Numbered from the stretch's first letter, positions 1 to 9,142 are shown. The stretch: DNA of 32,837 nucleotides from an uncultured Erysipelotrichaceae bacterium (GCA_902772675.1 CACYBN010000106.1:1-32837), one strand, 5' to 3'. Numbers and translations are program-made. The notes: generated by a model not told the origin, from the sequence alone.

Positions 1-329
1 AGTATAGCATCATTAGCTATTTCAAATATTCCATTACATGTACTAAAATCTTTACAATCATATTTGCTTAAATCTATTTTCCCAGTAGTAGCACCTTTTT
101 TAGCATATTTAACTATTTCTTTATATGCTCTTTTTTGATCTTCATTTAATACATTTTTATAAATATTACCTTTACTTAGATATAAATCATTTACATAAAA
201 TTCATCATTTTTATCAATTGGAACTAGTTCATATTCTCGTGTATAATTCCAATAAATATAAATACTTAATCCTATTAATAATACAGTAAAAAGATGATGC
301 CTAGAAAAGAAATTCTTAGTATATTGCAT
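1..329 (-). CDS. hypothetical membrane-anchored protein, N-terminal part only (ORF runs off the left edge)
   Basis: Not in the supplied track because it is edge-truncated. Reverse-strand ATG at 329-327 with GGAG at 342-339, and the frame is open to position 1. Translation starts MQYTKNFFSRHHLFTVLLIGLSIYIYWNYTREYELVPIDKND..., with one N-terminal hydrophobic helix. The start overlaps the stop of the upstream gene by 14 nt. Confidence 0.5.
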   Translation of the reverse strand, partial: MQYTKNFFSRHHLFTVLLIGLSIYIYWNYTREYELVPIDKNDEFYVNDLYLSKGNIYKNVLNEDQKRAYKEIVKYAKKGATTGKIDLSKYDCKDFSTCNGIFEIANDAI

Positions 330-672
330 ATTGATAATCTCCTTTCATAGCTATAATTGGAAATGCTACGAATGGTAATACTAATGCTAATATTCCATAG
401 AACATAGAAATATTACTATATACAAAAGCATCTACTATTAAGAACGGAATAAATATATACATTATAGTAGCTATTAAGTTTTTATATGGAATGAATATTA
501 ATAGTAAACCTAAAATTATCAAAATAAGAGGATGAATATTTAAAATTTTACACATGTAATAAATATTAACTAAAGGAATCAATCCATAATAAAGCTTATA
601 TCCTGCTTTATATATAAACATACAACTACATAGATATAAAGAAATAAAGTTTAGTAATAAGTAAATAACCAT
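316..672 (-). CDS. small polytopic membrane protein, unknown function
   Basis: The ORF is almost entirely hydrophobic, with about 4 predicted helices. I prefer ATG 672 over the track start GTG 681, because the AGGTGA that contains that GTG sits 5 nt upstream of ATG 672. The same RBS geometry recurs across the window. Confidence 0.55.
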   Translation of the reverse strand: MVIYLLLNFISLYLCSCMFIYKAGYKLYYGLIPLVNIYYMCKILNIHPLILIILGLLLIFIPYKNLIATIMYIFIPFLIVDAFVYSNISMFYGILALVLPFVAFPIIAMKGDYQYAIY

Positions 673-757
673 ATATTTCACCTAATTCTAGTATAATTTA
701 ATAATTTTTTTTAGTAAATAAAAGAGATTTAAAAAAGTGTTTAATCATGTAAAAAAT

Positions 758-766
758 TGATATAAT
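758..766 (+). promoter_or_regulatory. candidate extended -10 promoter element (TGATATAAT)
   Basis: TGnTATAAT match 16 nt upstream of ATG 783. The leader would be very short. AT-rich DNA gives many chance matches. Confidence 0.35.
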
Positions 767-782
767 TAAATGGGTGAATACT

Positions 783-2333
783 ATGATTAGATTTAATAAT
801 ATAAAAATTAGAAAAGATTTATCTGAAGAAGAGATAATTAATTACTTATGTAAAAAAGAAAGATTATTTAAAGAGAATATAAAAGAATATCATATTAGAA
901 AAAAATCTATAGATGCTAGAGATAAAAAAGATGTTCATTACAATTATACAATCGATCTAGTATATGAATCTGAATATGATGTTAAAAATTGTATTCATTT
1001 AGAAGAAGAGAAATTAGAAGAAATCGTAGTAAAAAGAAAATCTAATAAAAAACCTATTATTATTGGTAGTGGTCCGGCTGGATTATTTGCTGCTTTAACT
1101 TTGATAGAAAATGGTATTAAGCCTATTATTTTTGAACAAGGAGATAAGATTGAAGAAAGAGTAAAAAAAGTAGATAATTTTAGAAATAATAGAATATTAG
1201 ATACTAGTAGTAATGTTCAATTCGGAGAAGGAGGAGCAGGTACTTTTTCGGATGGAAAGTTAACAACTGGTATAAATAGTAAATATTGTAAAAAAGTAAT
1301 TAATTATTTTTATAAATATGGAGCTCCTAAAGAAATAACATATATGAATAAACCACATATTGGTACAGATAATTTAAGAAAAATAGTAAAAAATATTAGA
1401 GAATATATTATTAGTCAGGGTGGAGAATATCATTTTAATGAAAGAATAGAAGATTTTATTATAGAGGATAATAAAATAGTTGGAGTAGTTGGTAATAAAG
1501 AATATGAATGTGATACTGTTATTTTAGCAATTGGTCATTCTGCACATAAAACTTTTAAAAGATTATGTGATTTAGGTATTAAGATGGAGCAAAAACCCTT
1601 TTCTGTTGGAGTTAGAATAGAACATAAACAAGAAATGATTAATAAGAGCCAATATGGTGAATTTACTAAATTAAAATTACCTCCAGCTGAGTATAAATTG
1701 GTTTATCATGGAGAAGAAAGAAGTGCTTATACTTTTTGTATGTGTCCTGGTGGAGTAGTAGTAGCATCTTCTAGCGATGAAAATACAATTGTTACTAATG
1801 GAATGAGTGAATATAAAAGAGATTTAGAAAATGCTAACTCTGCTTTATTAGTAAATGTTGTACCAGAAGATTTTCCTGATTCTAATCCATTATCAGGTTT
1901 AGATTTTCAAAAGAAATTAGAGCATTCTGCATTTGTTCTAGGAGGAAGTAATTATAATGCTCCTGTTCAAAGAGTAGAAGATTTCTTAAATAATAGGAGA
2001 AGTGAAAAGATTGGGGATATAAAACCTACATATTTACCGGGTGTTACATTAACTAATTTAAATGAAATATTACCTGATTTTGTTTCTAAAACTATGAAAG
2101 AAGCAATTATATATTTCGATTCTAAGTTAAAAGGATTCGCTAATAATGATGCAATAATGACAGGTGTTGAAACAAGAAGTAGTTCTCCTCTTAGAATTGT
2201 TAGAGATGAAAATTTAGAATCATCTATTCTTGGAATTTATCCTTGTGGTGAAGGTCCTGGATATGCTGGTGGAATAATGAGTGCAGCTATTGATGGTATA
2301 AAATGTGCCATAAAAATACTTGAAAAAGAATAA
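783..2333 (+). CDS. FAD-dependent protein (COG2509-type NAD(FAD)-utilizing dehydrogenase family)
   Basis: Dinucleotide-binding GxGxxG (IIIGSGPAGLFAAL). The C-terminal CGEGPGYAGGIMSAAIDG and overall length fit the COG2509 family. Start moved from GTG 774 to ATG 783 (GGGTGA 772-777 plus 5 nt). Confidence 0.85.
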   Translation: MIRFNNIKIRKDLSEEEIINYLCKKERLFKENIKEYHIRKKSIDARDKKDVHYNYTIDLVYESEYDVKNCIHLEEEKLEEIVVKRKSNKKPIIIGSGPAGLFAALTLIENGIKPIIFEQGDKIEERVKKVDNFRNNRILDTSSNVQFGEGGAGTFSDGKLTTGINSKYCKKVINYFYKYGAPKEITYMNKPHIGTDNLRKIVKNIREYIISQGGEYHFNERIEDFIIEDNKIVGVVGNKEYECDTVILAIGHSAHKTFKRLCDLGIKMEQKPFSVGVRIEHKQEMINKSQYGEFTKLKLPPAEYKLVYHGEERSAYTFCMCPGGVVVASSSDENTIVTNGMSEYKRDLENANSALLVNVVPEDFPDSNPLSGLDFQKKLEHSAFVLGGSNYNAPVQRVEDFLNNRRSEKIGDIKPTYLPGVTLTNLNEILPDFVSKTMKEAIIYFDSKLKGFANNDAIMTGVETRSSSPLRIVRDENLESSILGIYPCGEGPGYAGGIMSAAIDGIKCAIKILEKE

Positions 2334-2377
2334 AGAAAACTGTATATTTAAAGTATAATAGAAATGGGGTAGCAAAT

Positions 2378-2713
2378 ATGGATAATAAAAAGAAACTTGA
2401 AGATATGCTTTCATATGGTATGAGTGAAGATGATTTTCAAAAAATCTTAAATGATATCGAAAAAGCGTTAACTGAAAGTATTAAGGCTATTACTTCATAT
2501 CAAGATGTTGTAAATAAGTATAAAACAATTAATCCTAACTGTAGTGAATGGGAAGAAAAATTAAATAAAACTTCTGAAGAAGCAGTTACTAATATAAAAG
2601 ATGATTTAAAAGAAATTACAGATTTATATAAAAGAGTAATGGATGATTGGCATGAAATAAAAAAAGAAAAGAACGCACTTGATAATAATAAAGAAAGTAA
2701 TGGTGAAGAATAA
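2378..2713 (+). CDS. hypothetical small acidic helical protein (111 aa)
   Basis: ORF with GGGGT 7 nt upstream. Predicted helix-turn-helix hairpin composition with no TM segment. Its stop overlaps the next start (TAATG). Confidence 0.6.
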   Translation: MDNKKKLEDMLSYGMSEDDFQKILNDIEKALTESIKAITSYQDVVNKYKTINPNCSEWEEKLNKTSEEAVTNIKDDLKEITDLYKRVMDDWHEIKKEKNALDNNKESNGEE

Positions 2714-2898
2714 TGAATGAATATTTAGATGCATATAATACAAAAGTAGATGCTGCTATGAATAAAGTTAAGAATAATATTGATTATTTTGAATCATTTG
2801 GAAATGCTTTTTTAGCAACTAAAGTAAAAGAAAATCTAGAAGCTGCCGTAGATGAAATAGAAAGAGTAAAAAAAGTTGTTAATGAAATAGAAAATTAA
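2713..2898 (+). CDS. hypothetical small helical protein (61 aa)
   Basis: Translationally coupled to the preceding ORF by a 1-nt overlap and followed directly by a terminator hairpin. Confidence 0.5.
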   Translation: MNEYLDAYNTKVDAAMNKVKNNIDYFESFGNAFLATKVKENLEAAVDEIERVKKVVNEIEN

Positions 2899-2922
2899 AA
2901 TACTTAAAAAGTATTTTTTTTT
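2899..2922 (+). terminator. intrinsic terminator
   Basis: AATACTT-AAA-AAGTATT hairpin followed by a T-run, immediately after stop 2898. Confidence 0.6.
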
Positions 2923-2965
2923 ATTTGTTTTTGTAGTAAAATTATCTAGCTCTGAGGTGATTTTT

Positions 2966-3853
2966 ATGATAAAAATAATAAAAGATTTATTTAGATGGGA
3001 TAGTAAACAATTTGTAAAAGCTACAATAGGGGTATTAATTTTTTCTTTTGCAATTAATACTTTTTTAGTGCCACTTAGTTTATATAGTGGTGGTGCTATG
3101 GGATTATCACAATTAATTAGAACTATTATTGTAGATTCTTTAAATTTAAAAGTTAATTTTGATATAGCTGGTCTTTTATATTATTTAATAAATATTCCTT
3201 TATTAGTTATAGCTTATAAAAAAATTAGTAAGTCATTCTTTTTTAGAACTTTGTTTTGTGTATCATTAATGACTTTATGTTTAACTTTTATACCAATACC
3301 TGATAAACCAATATTAGATGAAGTATTAGCTTGTACTTTAGTAGGTAGTTTAATTGCTGGATATGGTAATGGTTTAATTCTTTCAAGTAGTGGATCAACT
3401 GGTGGAATAGATATTATTGGAATAGCAGCTATTATGAGAAATAATAAATTATCTGTAGGTAAATTAGGATTCTTCTTTAATACTATATTGTATTCAATAA
3501 GTGGTATCTTATATGGTGTTCCTGTAATGATATATTCTATTCTTTTCTCTTTCTTTGAAAGTTTTGTGATAGATAGAACTCATGAACAAAATATTTGTTC
3601 AACAGCCATGATATTTACTAAAAACAATCCTAATGGTATAATTAAATATGTAGAAGATGTACTTGATAGAGATACTACATATTGGGAAGCTATTGGTTCT
3701 TATAAAGAAACAAAAACTTATATTTGTTATGTAGTATTATCTAAGTATGAACTTCAATTGTTAGAAAGGCATCTAAATAAAGTAGATCCAACTGCTTTTG
3801 TAGTAAAAACTACTGGAGTTGGAATAGATGGTAAATTTAAAAAGAGTATATGA
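2966..3853 (+). CDS. YitT-family membrane protein (C-terminal DUF2179-type domain)
   Basis: Polytopic N-terminal half with GGxxG-type motifs ([20 protein letters not shown]). The soluble C-terminal domain ends ...[13 protein letters not shown], typical of YitT. Start moved from GTG 2957 to ATG 2966 (GAGGTGA plus 5 nt). Confidence 0.85.
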   Translation: MIKIIKDLFRWDSKQFVKATIGVLIFSFAINTFLVPLSLYSGGAMGLSQLIRTIIVDSLNLKVNFDIAGLLYYLINIPLLVIAYKKISKSFFFRTLFCVSLMTLCLTFIPIPDKPILDEVLACTLVGSLIAGYGNGLILSSSGSTGGIDIIGIAAIMRNNKLSVGKLGFFFNTILYSISGILYGVPVMIYSILFSFFESFVIDRTHEQNICSTAMIFTKNNPNGIIKYVEDVLDRDTTYWEAIGSYKETKTYICYVVLSKYELQLLERHLNKVDPTAFVVKTTGVGIDGKFKKSI

Positions 3854-4071
3854 TAAAAAAATTATTAATTAAAATCATAAGACTATATCAAAAGACACCA
3901 ATATGTACTCATAAAATGTGTAGATATACTCCAACATGCTCTCAATATACTATTGAAGCTATCGAAGAATATGGTTCTTTAAAAGGTATGTTTTTAGGTT
4001 TTAAAAGAATAATTAGATGTGCTCCATGGGGTGGTTCTGGATATGATCCAGTTCCAAAAAGGAAGAAGTGA
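3850..4071 (+). CDS. yidD: membrane protein insertion efficiency factor YidD
   Basis: 73 aa with the hallmark [19 protein letters not shown] ... [18 protein letters not shown] overlap with the upstream gene. Confidence 0.9.
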   Translation: MIKKLLIKIIRLYQKTPICTHKMCRYTPTCSQYTIEAIEEYGSLKGMFLGFKRIIRCAPWGGSGYDPVPKRKK

Positions 4072-4075
4072 TTAT

Positions 4076-5506
4076 ATGAAAAAAATATTTATAATTTTAG
4101 GTGTAATTTCTGTTTCTATAATAAGTTTATTAACTGGATTTATTTTATATGAAAAAAATTATAATAGTATAGAAGTATCTTTAAATGGAGATAATCCTTT
4201 AAAAAGTAATGTCTATGAAGAATATAAAGATCCTGGAATAACAGTAAAGAATAATAAAAAGGAATTGAGTAAAGATAAGTATTCAGTTGAAGAAAAAGAT
4301 AATGTTGATAAGGATAATATTGGATCTTATTCAGTTAATTATGATGTTAAATATAAAAATAAGAATTACAATATAGAAAGAAAAGTAGAAGTTGTAGATA
4401 CAACTGCACCAGTAATTACTACTAATATCGAAGAATATAAAAAAGATGTTTGTAATAATAAAGAAATTAATAAATTAGAATATAAAGCTGAAGATAATTA
4501 TGATGGAGATATTACAAATAAAGTAGAAAGAATAGATGAAGAAGATAAAGTTATTTTAAAAGTAACTGATTCATCTAATAATAGTACTACTAAAGAAATA
4601 AAAATATCTTATACTAAGAGACCAAATCCTATTTTAAAATTAAATGGTAATTATACTCAATATGTTCTTCAAGGAACTAAGTATGATGATAAAGGTGTTA
4701 ATGTATTAGATGGATGTACTAATAACAAAGTAAAAGCTACAGTTACAACTGAAGGAACTGTAGATACAAATACTATTGGTACATATACTATTAAATATAC
4801 AGCAAAAGTAAATAATTATACTGGAACATCTTCAAGAAAAGTAGTAGTAATTAAAAAGACTGATACTGCTCCAATTAAATCAAATGAAAAGAAAGTTGTT
4901 TATTTAACATTTGATGATGGACCAGGACCTTATACTAGTGAGTTATTAAATATATTGGATAAATATAATGTAAAAGTAACATTCTTTGTAACTAATCAAT
5001 TTCCTAATTATCAAAATTTAATAGCGGAAGAGAGTAAGAGAGGGCATGTAGTAGCAGTTCACTCATATACTCATAAATGGAATATTTATAAAAGTGTTGA
5101 AGCTTATGAAAATGATTTTAAAAAGATGGATGATATAATATTTAAACAAACTGGAAAAAGATCTGAAATATTTAGATTTCCAGGTGGAGGATCTAATACT
5201 GTTTCTAAGAAATATGCAACCGGAGTAGTTACTGCTATTAAGAATGATATGCAATCTAAAGGATATGTTTATTTCGATTGGAATGTGGATTCTAATGATG
5301 CAGGTGGATCTAATACTGAAGGTATTTACAACAATGTTATAAGAGGAATTAGAAATCATAATTCTTCAGTAGTTTTATTACATGATATTCATAGTAAAAC
5401 AATACCATCTATTGAAAGAATAATTAAATATGCCAAAGAAAATGGATACACTTTTAAAACTTTATCTAAGGATTCACCAACATGTCATCATAAAGTTAGA
5501 AATTAA
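4076..5506 (+). CDS. membrane-anchored polysaccharide deacetylase (two Ig-like repeats plus NodB domain)
   Basis: Signal anchor MKKIFIILGVISVSIISLL. Two internal Ig-like (DUF5011-type) repeats (...IGSYSVNYDVKY... and ...IGTYTIKYTAKV...). NodB motifs TFDDGP and HSYTH. Track start 4019 lies inside yidD, while ATG 4076 gives the signal anchor. Confidence 0.85.
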   Translation: MKKIFIILGVISVSIISLLTGFILYEKNYNSIEVSLNGDNPLKSNVYEEYKDPGITVKNNKKELSKDKYSVEEKDNVDKDNIGSYSVNYDVKYKNKNYNIERKVEVVDTTAPVITTNIEEYKKDVCNNKEINKLEYKAEDNYDGDITNKVERIDEEDKVILKVTDSSNNSTTKEIKISYTKRPNPILKLNGNYTQYVLQGTKYDDKGVNVLDGCTNNKVKATVTTEGTVDTNTIGTYTIKYTAKVNNYTGTSSRKVVVIKKTDTAPIKSNEKKVVYLTFDDGPGPYTSELLNILDKYNVKVTFFVTNQFPNYQNLIAEESKRGHVVAVHSYTHKWNIYKSVEAYENDFKKMDDIIFKQTGKRSEIFRFPGGGSNTVSKKYATGVVTAIKNDMQSKGYVYFDWNVDSNDAGGSNTEGIYNNVIRGIRNHNSSVVLLHDIHSKTIPSIERIIKYAKENGYTFKTLSKDSPTCHHKVRN

Positions 5507-5507
5507 A

Positions 5508-5530
5508 AAAGAGATTTTTAAATCTCTTTT
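5508..5530. terminator. bidirectional intrinsic terminator between convergent genes
   Basis: AAA-GAGATTT..AAATCTC-TTTTTTTT hairpin flanked by an A-run and a T-run, between stops 5506 (+) and 5533 (-). Confidence 0.55.
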
Positions 5531-5532
5531 TT

Positions 5533-6165
5533 TTAATCTCTTCTTCCAAATAATTCTAGTAGTCTTAAGATTATGTTGATAATATCTAAGTATAATTGGA
5601 ATGCCCAATATACTGCATATTTTTCTTCATAAGCTTCACCATTCATTCTAGCAATACGCCACATATCTACTGCAATATATAATGTAAATACTAAAAGTGA
5701 GAAGATACTTAATCCTAAGCTAACACCAGAACTTTTTACGAATATGTTTATTATACCTAATATAAGTATTCCAAATAATGCAACTAATAGGTATGTAGAA
5801 AACTTACTTAAGTCTAATTTAGTATTAGCTCCAAAGTATCCTAAAGCACCAAATATTACTGCTGTTGCTAAGAATACAAACATTATTGAAGACATGTTAT
5901 ATACTAAGAATACTGCTCCAAAAGTAACACCAGTTAAAGCTGCATATATTAAATACATAGTCTTAGCTACAGTATCACTCATTTTATTAATTAATAAAGC
6001 AAATGCTATACCAACTACAAGTTCAATAATAGCTATTGCTAAATAGTTATTTGCAAATGTAGCAAATACATCTGTATTAATACTTAATGCATATCCAAAA
6101 CCAAATGTAATTAATAGACCTATTCCTAGCCATTTAAAAACATCTGACATAAATTTGTTTTTCAT
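5533..6165 (-). CDS. Bax inhibitor-1/YccA family membrane protein
   Basis: About 7 TM helices and the family-typical C-terminus ...WAFQLYLDIINIILRLLELFGRRD. AGGAGG RBS (plus-strand CCTCCT, 6170-6175). Confidence 0.85.
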   Translation of the reverse strand: MKNKFMSDVFKWLGIGLLITFGFGYALSINTDVFATFANNYLAIAIIELVVGIAFALLINKMSDTVAKTMYLIYAALTGVTFGAVFLVYNMSSIMFVFLATAVIFGALGYFGANTKLDLSKFSTYLLVALFGILILGIINIFVKSSGVSLGLSIFSLLVFTLYIAVDMWRIARMNGEAYEEKYAVYWAFQLYLDIINIILRLLELFGRRD

Positions 6166-6242
6166 AATTCCTCCTTTTTATAAGATATATGTTATCATAT
6201 GTTAAGAGTTTTTTAAAGATAATACATTTTATTTTACAAAAG

Positions 6243-6251
6243 TGATATAAT
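6243..6251 (+). promoter_or_regulatory. candidate extended -10 promoter element (TGATATAAT)
   Basis: TGnTATAAT match 22 nt upstream of ATG 6274, with RBS AGGGTGA in between. Confidence 0.45.
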
Positions 6252-6273
6252 ATACAAATGAAAGGGTGATATT

Positions 6274-7398
6274 ATGGCAAGAGTCTTACCAATAACTTTA
6301 TTAACAGGTTATTTAGGTAGTGGTAAAACTACATTGATAAATCATATATTAAAAAATCAAGAAGGATATAAAATAGCAGTAATAGTTAATGATATTGGAG
6401 AAGTTAATATAGATGCTGATCTTATTGAAAAAGGTGGAGTAGTTACTGAAAAAGATGATAATTTAGTAGCTCTATCTAATGGATGTATTTGTTGTACTTT
6501 AAAAACTAATTTAATTGAACAAATCGCAGAAATATATGATAGTGGAAAATTTGATTATTTATTAATTGAAGCTTCAGGTATATGTGAACCAATACCAATA
6601 GCTCAAAGTATTATGGCTATTAATCAAATGGTTAATGAACAAGGATTAAAAGATATAGTTAAATTAGATTCAGTTATAAGTGTTACTGATGCTTTAAGAT
6701 TATCTAAAGAATTTAATCATGGAGATAATTTATTAAAAGATAATATTGAAGAAGATGATATTGAAAATTTAATAATTCAACAATTAGAATTTTGTGATAT
6801 TGTAATTTTAAATAAAGTATCAGAAGTAACTAAAGATGAATTAGGTGAAGTAAAAACAGTTATTAAGAAGATTCAACCTCATGCTAAAATAATTGAAACT
6901 GATTATGCAAATGTTAATTTAGATGATATTTTAGATGTTAATTTATTTGATTTTGAAAAAGCTATTTCTTCAGCAGGATGGGTAGAAGAACTTGAAAAAG
7001 ATGAAGAAGAAGAGGAAGAAGGAGAAGCTTTAGAATACGGTATATCTACTTTTGTATATTATGAAAGAAAAGGATTTAATAGAAATAAGTTCCAAGATTT
7101 TATTAAAAACTTTGATAAAGAAATAATAAGATGTAAAGGTATAATGTATTTTGATGATCAAGAAGAAATGAGTTATATGTTTGAACAAGCTGGTACTCAA
7201 AAGACTTTAATGGAAGCTGGAGAATGGTTTGTTATGTTACCTAAACAAGAACAAGATAGACTTCGTAAAATGGAACCTAAACTAGATAAAGATTGGGATC
7301 CAGAATATGGAGATAGAATGGTAAAACTTGTTTTTATTGGTAAAAATATGGATAAAGAATCTATTATAAAAAGATTAGATGAATGTATAGAGAAATAG
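6274..7398 (+). CDS. CobW/COG0523-family GTPase (putative metallochaperone)
   Basis: P-loop GYLGSGKTTLINHIL, the metal-binding CxCC motif (GCICCTLK), a CobW C-terminal domain, and an acidic linker DEEEEEEGE. Confidence 0.85.
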   Translation: MARVLPITLLTGYLGSGKTTLINHILKNQEGYKIAVIVNDIGEVNIDADLIEKGGVVTEKDDNLVALSNGCICCTLKTNLIEQIAEIYDSGKFDYLLIEASGICEPIPIAQSIMAINQMVNEQGLKDIVKLDSVISVTDALRLSKEFNHGDNLLKDNIEEDDIENLIIQQLEFCDIVILNKVSEVTKDELGEVKTVIKKIQPHAKIIETDYANVNLDDILDVNLFDFEKAISSAGWVEELEKDEEEEEEGEALEYGISTFVYYERKGFNRNKFQDFIKNFDKEIIRCKGIMYFDDQEEMSYMFEQAGTQKTLMEAGEWFVMLPKQEQDRLRKMEPKLDKDWDPEYGDRMVKLVFIGKNMDKESIIKRLDECIEK

Positions 7399-7417
7399 TT
7401 TTACTATTTCTTTTTTT
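7391..7417 (+). terminator. intrinsic terminator overlapping the stop codon
   Basis: AGAAATAG-TTTTA-CTATTTCT hairpin plus T-run. The left arm includes stop TAG 7396-7398. Confidence 0.6.
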
Positions 7418-7444
7418 ATGTTAAAATTATTATAGGTGATAGCG

Positions 7445-8473
7445 ATGTTTCTAAGTAATATATGTAGAGAATCTGGTTTTTTAAGTACTATGTTATTTAT
7501 TAAAAGCATAGAAATATTTGTTAGTATATTAATTCCTTTAATATTAATTGTATCTTTAGGATTTGAAATTACTACAATGGTATATGGTGATGTAAAAAAT
7601 TATCATAAACATGTAAGATCTATTATTTTAAAAACTATAGCGGCAGTAGTCATTTTCTTTATACCTACTATTACAAATGTTACTTTATCTTTAGTAAGTC
7701 AAACTAAGTTTAGTGATACAGAATGTTGGACTAATGCCAATACAGAAACTATTGAAAGATATAAAGCAGTTGAAGAAGCTCAAGCTAAATTAGAAGAAGA
7801 GAAAAGAGTAAAAGAAGCTAAGAAAGCAGAAGAGATGAGAATTGCTATTGAAAAGACAAGAGAAGCTGCTAGAAAAGAAAATGAGAAAAAAGCTGAAGAA
7901 GAAAGAAGAAGAAAACAACAAGAAGGTGCTGGTGGAGGTAGTGGCGGACAAAATGATTGTAAAGGATCATATAGTGGTACTAAATATAATCTCTCTCAAT
8001 ATGAAATTACTGGTTTAGCAAGAATGGTTACTTGTGAATATGGAACAGATGCTAATGGTATGAGTGCTGTTGCATCACATATGGCTAATTTATATGAAAT
8101 AAGAAATCATTATGGTAATACTGGTGGTAGATCTCTTTATCAATATATAACTACATGTGGATGGTATGCTTGTGCTAGAAAATTAGGCGATGCTAGTTAT
8201 GATAATTCACAAGCTCAACAAGTAGTAAGATCAGTTTTAGTGGAAGGAAAAAGAACTTTACCTTTATATATTGATGAATTTGACTGGTATCCACATGATA
8301 TAAAAGGAGCTACATGGGAATCATATAAATCTTATACTCCACATGTTACTCAATTAAATAATGTATATAGTTCTTCAGGTAAGTATTTTTGTATAACAAT
8401 ATCAGGTCATGATGGTAATGTCTTCTTTTATACAGCAACTGCAGAAAGATACAAAAATGAGAAGAACTTATAG
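7445..8473 (+). CDS. membrane-anchored protein with charged coiled coil, Gly linker and C-terminal globular domain (possibly SleB/CwlJ-like cell-wall hydrolase fold)
   Basis: N-terminal TM helices, then EEAQAKLEEEKRVKEAKKAEE...EERRRKQQE, then GAGGGSGGQ. The C-terminal domain contains ITGLARMVTCEYGTDANGMSAVASHMANLY, reminiscent of the Hydrolase_2 motif. That resemblance is weak and judged by eye only. Start ATG 7445 is preferred to GTG 7436 (AGGTGA plus 5 nt). Confidence 0.6.
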   Translation: MFLSNICRESGFLSTMLFIKSIEIFVSILIPLILIVSLGFEITTMVYGDVKNYHKHVRSIILKTIAAVVIFFIPTITNVTLSLVSQTKFSDTECWTNANTETIERYKAVEEAQAKLEEEKRVKEAKKAEEMRIAIEKTREAARKENEKKAEEERRRKQQEGAGGGSGGQNDCKGSYSGTKYNLSQYEITGLARMVTCEYGTDANGMSAVASHMANLYEIRNHYGNTGGRSLYQYITTCGWYACARKLGDASYDNSQAQQVVRSVLVEGKRTLPLYIDEFDWYPHDIKGATWESYKSYTPHVTQLNNVYSSSGKYFCITISGHDGNVFFYTATAERYKNEKNL

Positions 8474-8483
8474 AGGTGATAAT

Positions 8484-9107
8484 ATGAAAAAGAAATATTT
8501 ATTATTAATTGTTCCTATATTATTAACTGGATGTACTGCTAAATATACTTTAACTTATGAAGATAATAACTTTTCTGAAGAAGTAATAATATCTGGAGTT
8601 ACTGAAGATGAAGATCCATATTTTGATAGATTTAAATCAGATGATGCAGAAAATAATTTAAAAATATCTGAATCAAGTGATAAATCATATAAATTTAGTG
8701 ATGAAGGAACTACTAAAAAATTATCATATAATTATGGAAATACTTTAGAAGTAACTAAATTATTAAAATATTGCTATGAAGATATAATTATATTAAATTC
8801 TGATGATTATGTTACTATTAATACTTATGGAGAAAATTATTGTAAAAATTATGATGTAGAAATAATATTTAAGACTGATAAATTAGTTCTTGATAATAAT
8901 GCTGATAAAATAGATGGAAATACTTATAAATGGACTGATCTATCTAAAGATTTAATATTACAAGTAAGTAAGAAAGAAACTCCATCAAATTCTAAATCTA
9001 AAAAAGATAATACTGTTTTAAGATTAATAATAACCTTAGTAGTTATCTTAGTTATGATAGTATTGTTTATACAACGTAAAAGCCAAGCTAAGAAAAGAAA
9101 TAATTGA
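8484..9107 (+). CDS. lipoprotein with an additional C-terminal TM anchor, unknown function
   Basis: MKKKYLLLIVPILLTGC is a signal peptide with an LTGC lipobox. The C-terminus LRLIITLVVILVMIVLFIQRKSQAKKRNN is a TM helix plus basic tail. GAGGTGA RBS at 8473-8479. The track start 8409 overlaps the upstream gene. Confidence 0.7.
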   Translation: MKKKYLLLIVPILLTGCTAKYTLTYEDNNFSEEVIISGVTEDEDPYFDRFKSDDAENNLKISESSDKSYKFSDEGTTKKLSYNYGNTLEVTKLLKYCYEDIIILNSDDYVTINTYGENYCKNYDVEIIFKTDKLVLDNNADKIDGNTYKWTDLSKDLILQVSKKETPSNSKSKKDNTVLRLIITLVVILVMIVLFIQRKSQAKKRNN

Positions 9108-9142
9108 CTTTAAGAATTTTTATAGTAAAATTAAAAATTATT

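Noticed and set aside
2220-2414. 64-aa minus-strand ORF
   Set aside because: It lies antisense to the conserved 3' end of the FAD-protein gene and the start of the next gene. It has no RBS and a low-complexity F/Y-rich translation typical of AT-rich antisense frames.
2378-2898. WXG100/Esx-type type VII secretion substrates
   Set aside because: The central turn reads S-E-W-E-E, not W-x-G. No EssC, EsaA or EssB-like genes are in the window. Only the size and helical-hairpin character are similar.
4019-4075. Track N-terminal extensions of several ORFs (4019, 8409, 19980, 20609, 23806)
   Set aside because: Each extension overlaps the upstream gene or lacks an RBS. Internal ATGs at 4076, 8484, 20022, 20630 and 23839 follow good Shine-Dalgarno sequences and give sensible N-termini (signal anchor, lipobox, canonical GatC start).
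5063-5359. 98-aa minus-strand ORF
   Set aside because: It lies entirely antisense within the NodB deacetylase domain, which has clear motifs on the plus strand.
5744-6046. 100-aa plus-strand ORF
   Set aside because: It lies antisense inside the BI-1/YccA gene, whose minus-strand product carries the family signature.
6187-6204. Zur/Fur-type operator upstream of the COG0523 gene
   Set aside because: The element is a direct 8-mer repeat, not the AT-rich inverted repeat expected for Fur-family boxes. An 8-mer recurrence is plausible by chance in DNA this AT-rich. I keep it only as a low-interest note.
7000-7026. GAA/GAG-rich purine tract (gatgaagaagaagaggaagaaggagaa) as a microsatellite or phase-variation site
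   Set aside because: It is an imperfect in-frame codon run encoding DEEEEEEGE in the CobW linker. It is not a homogeneous repeat unit that would slip.
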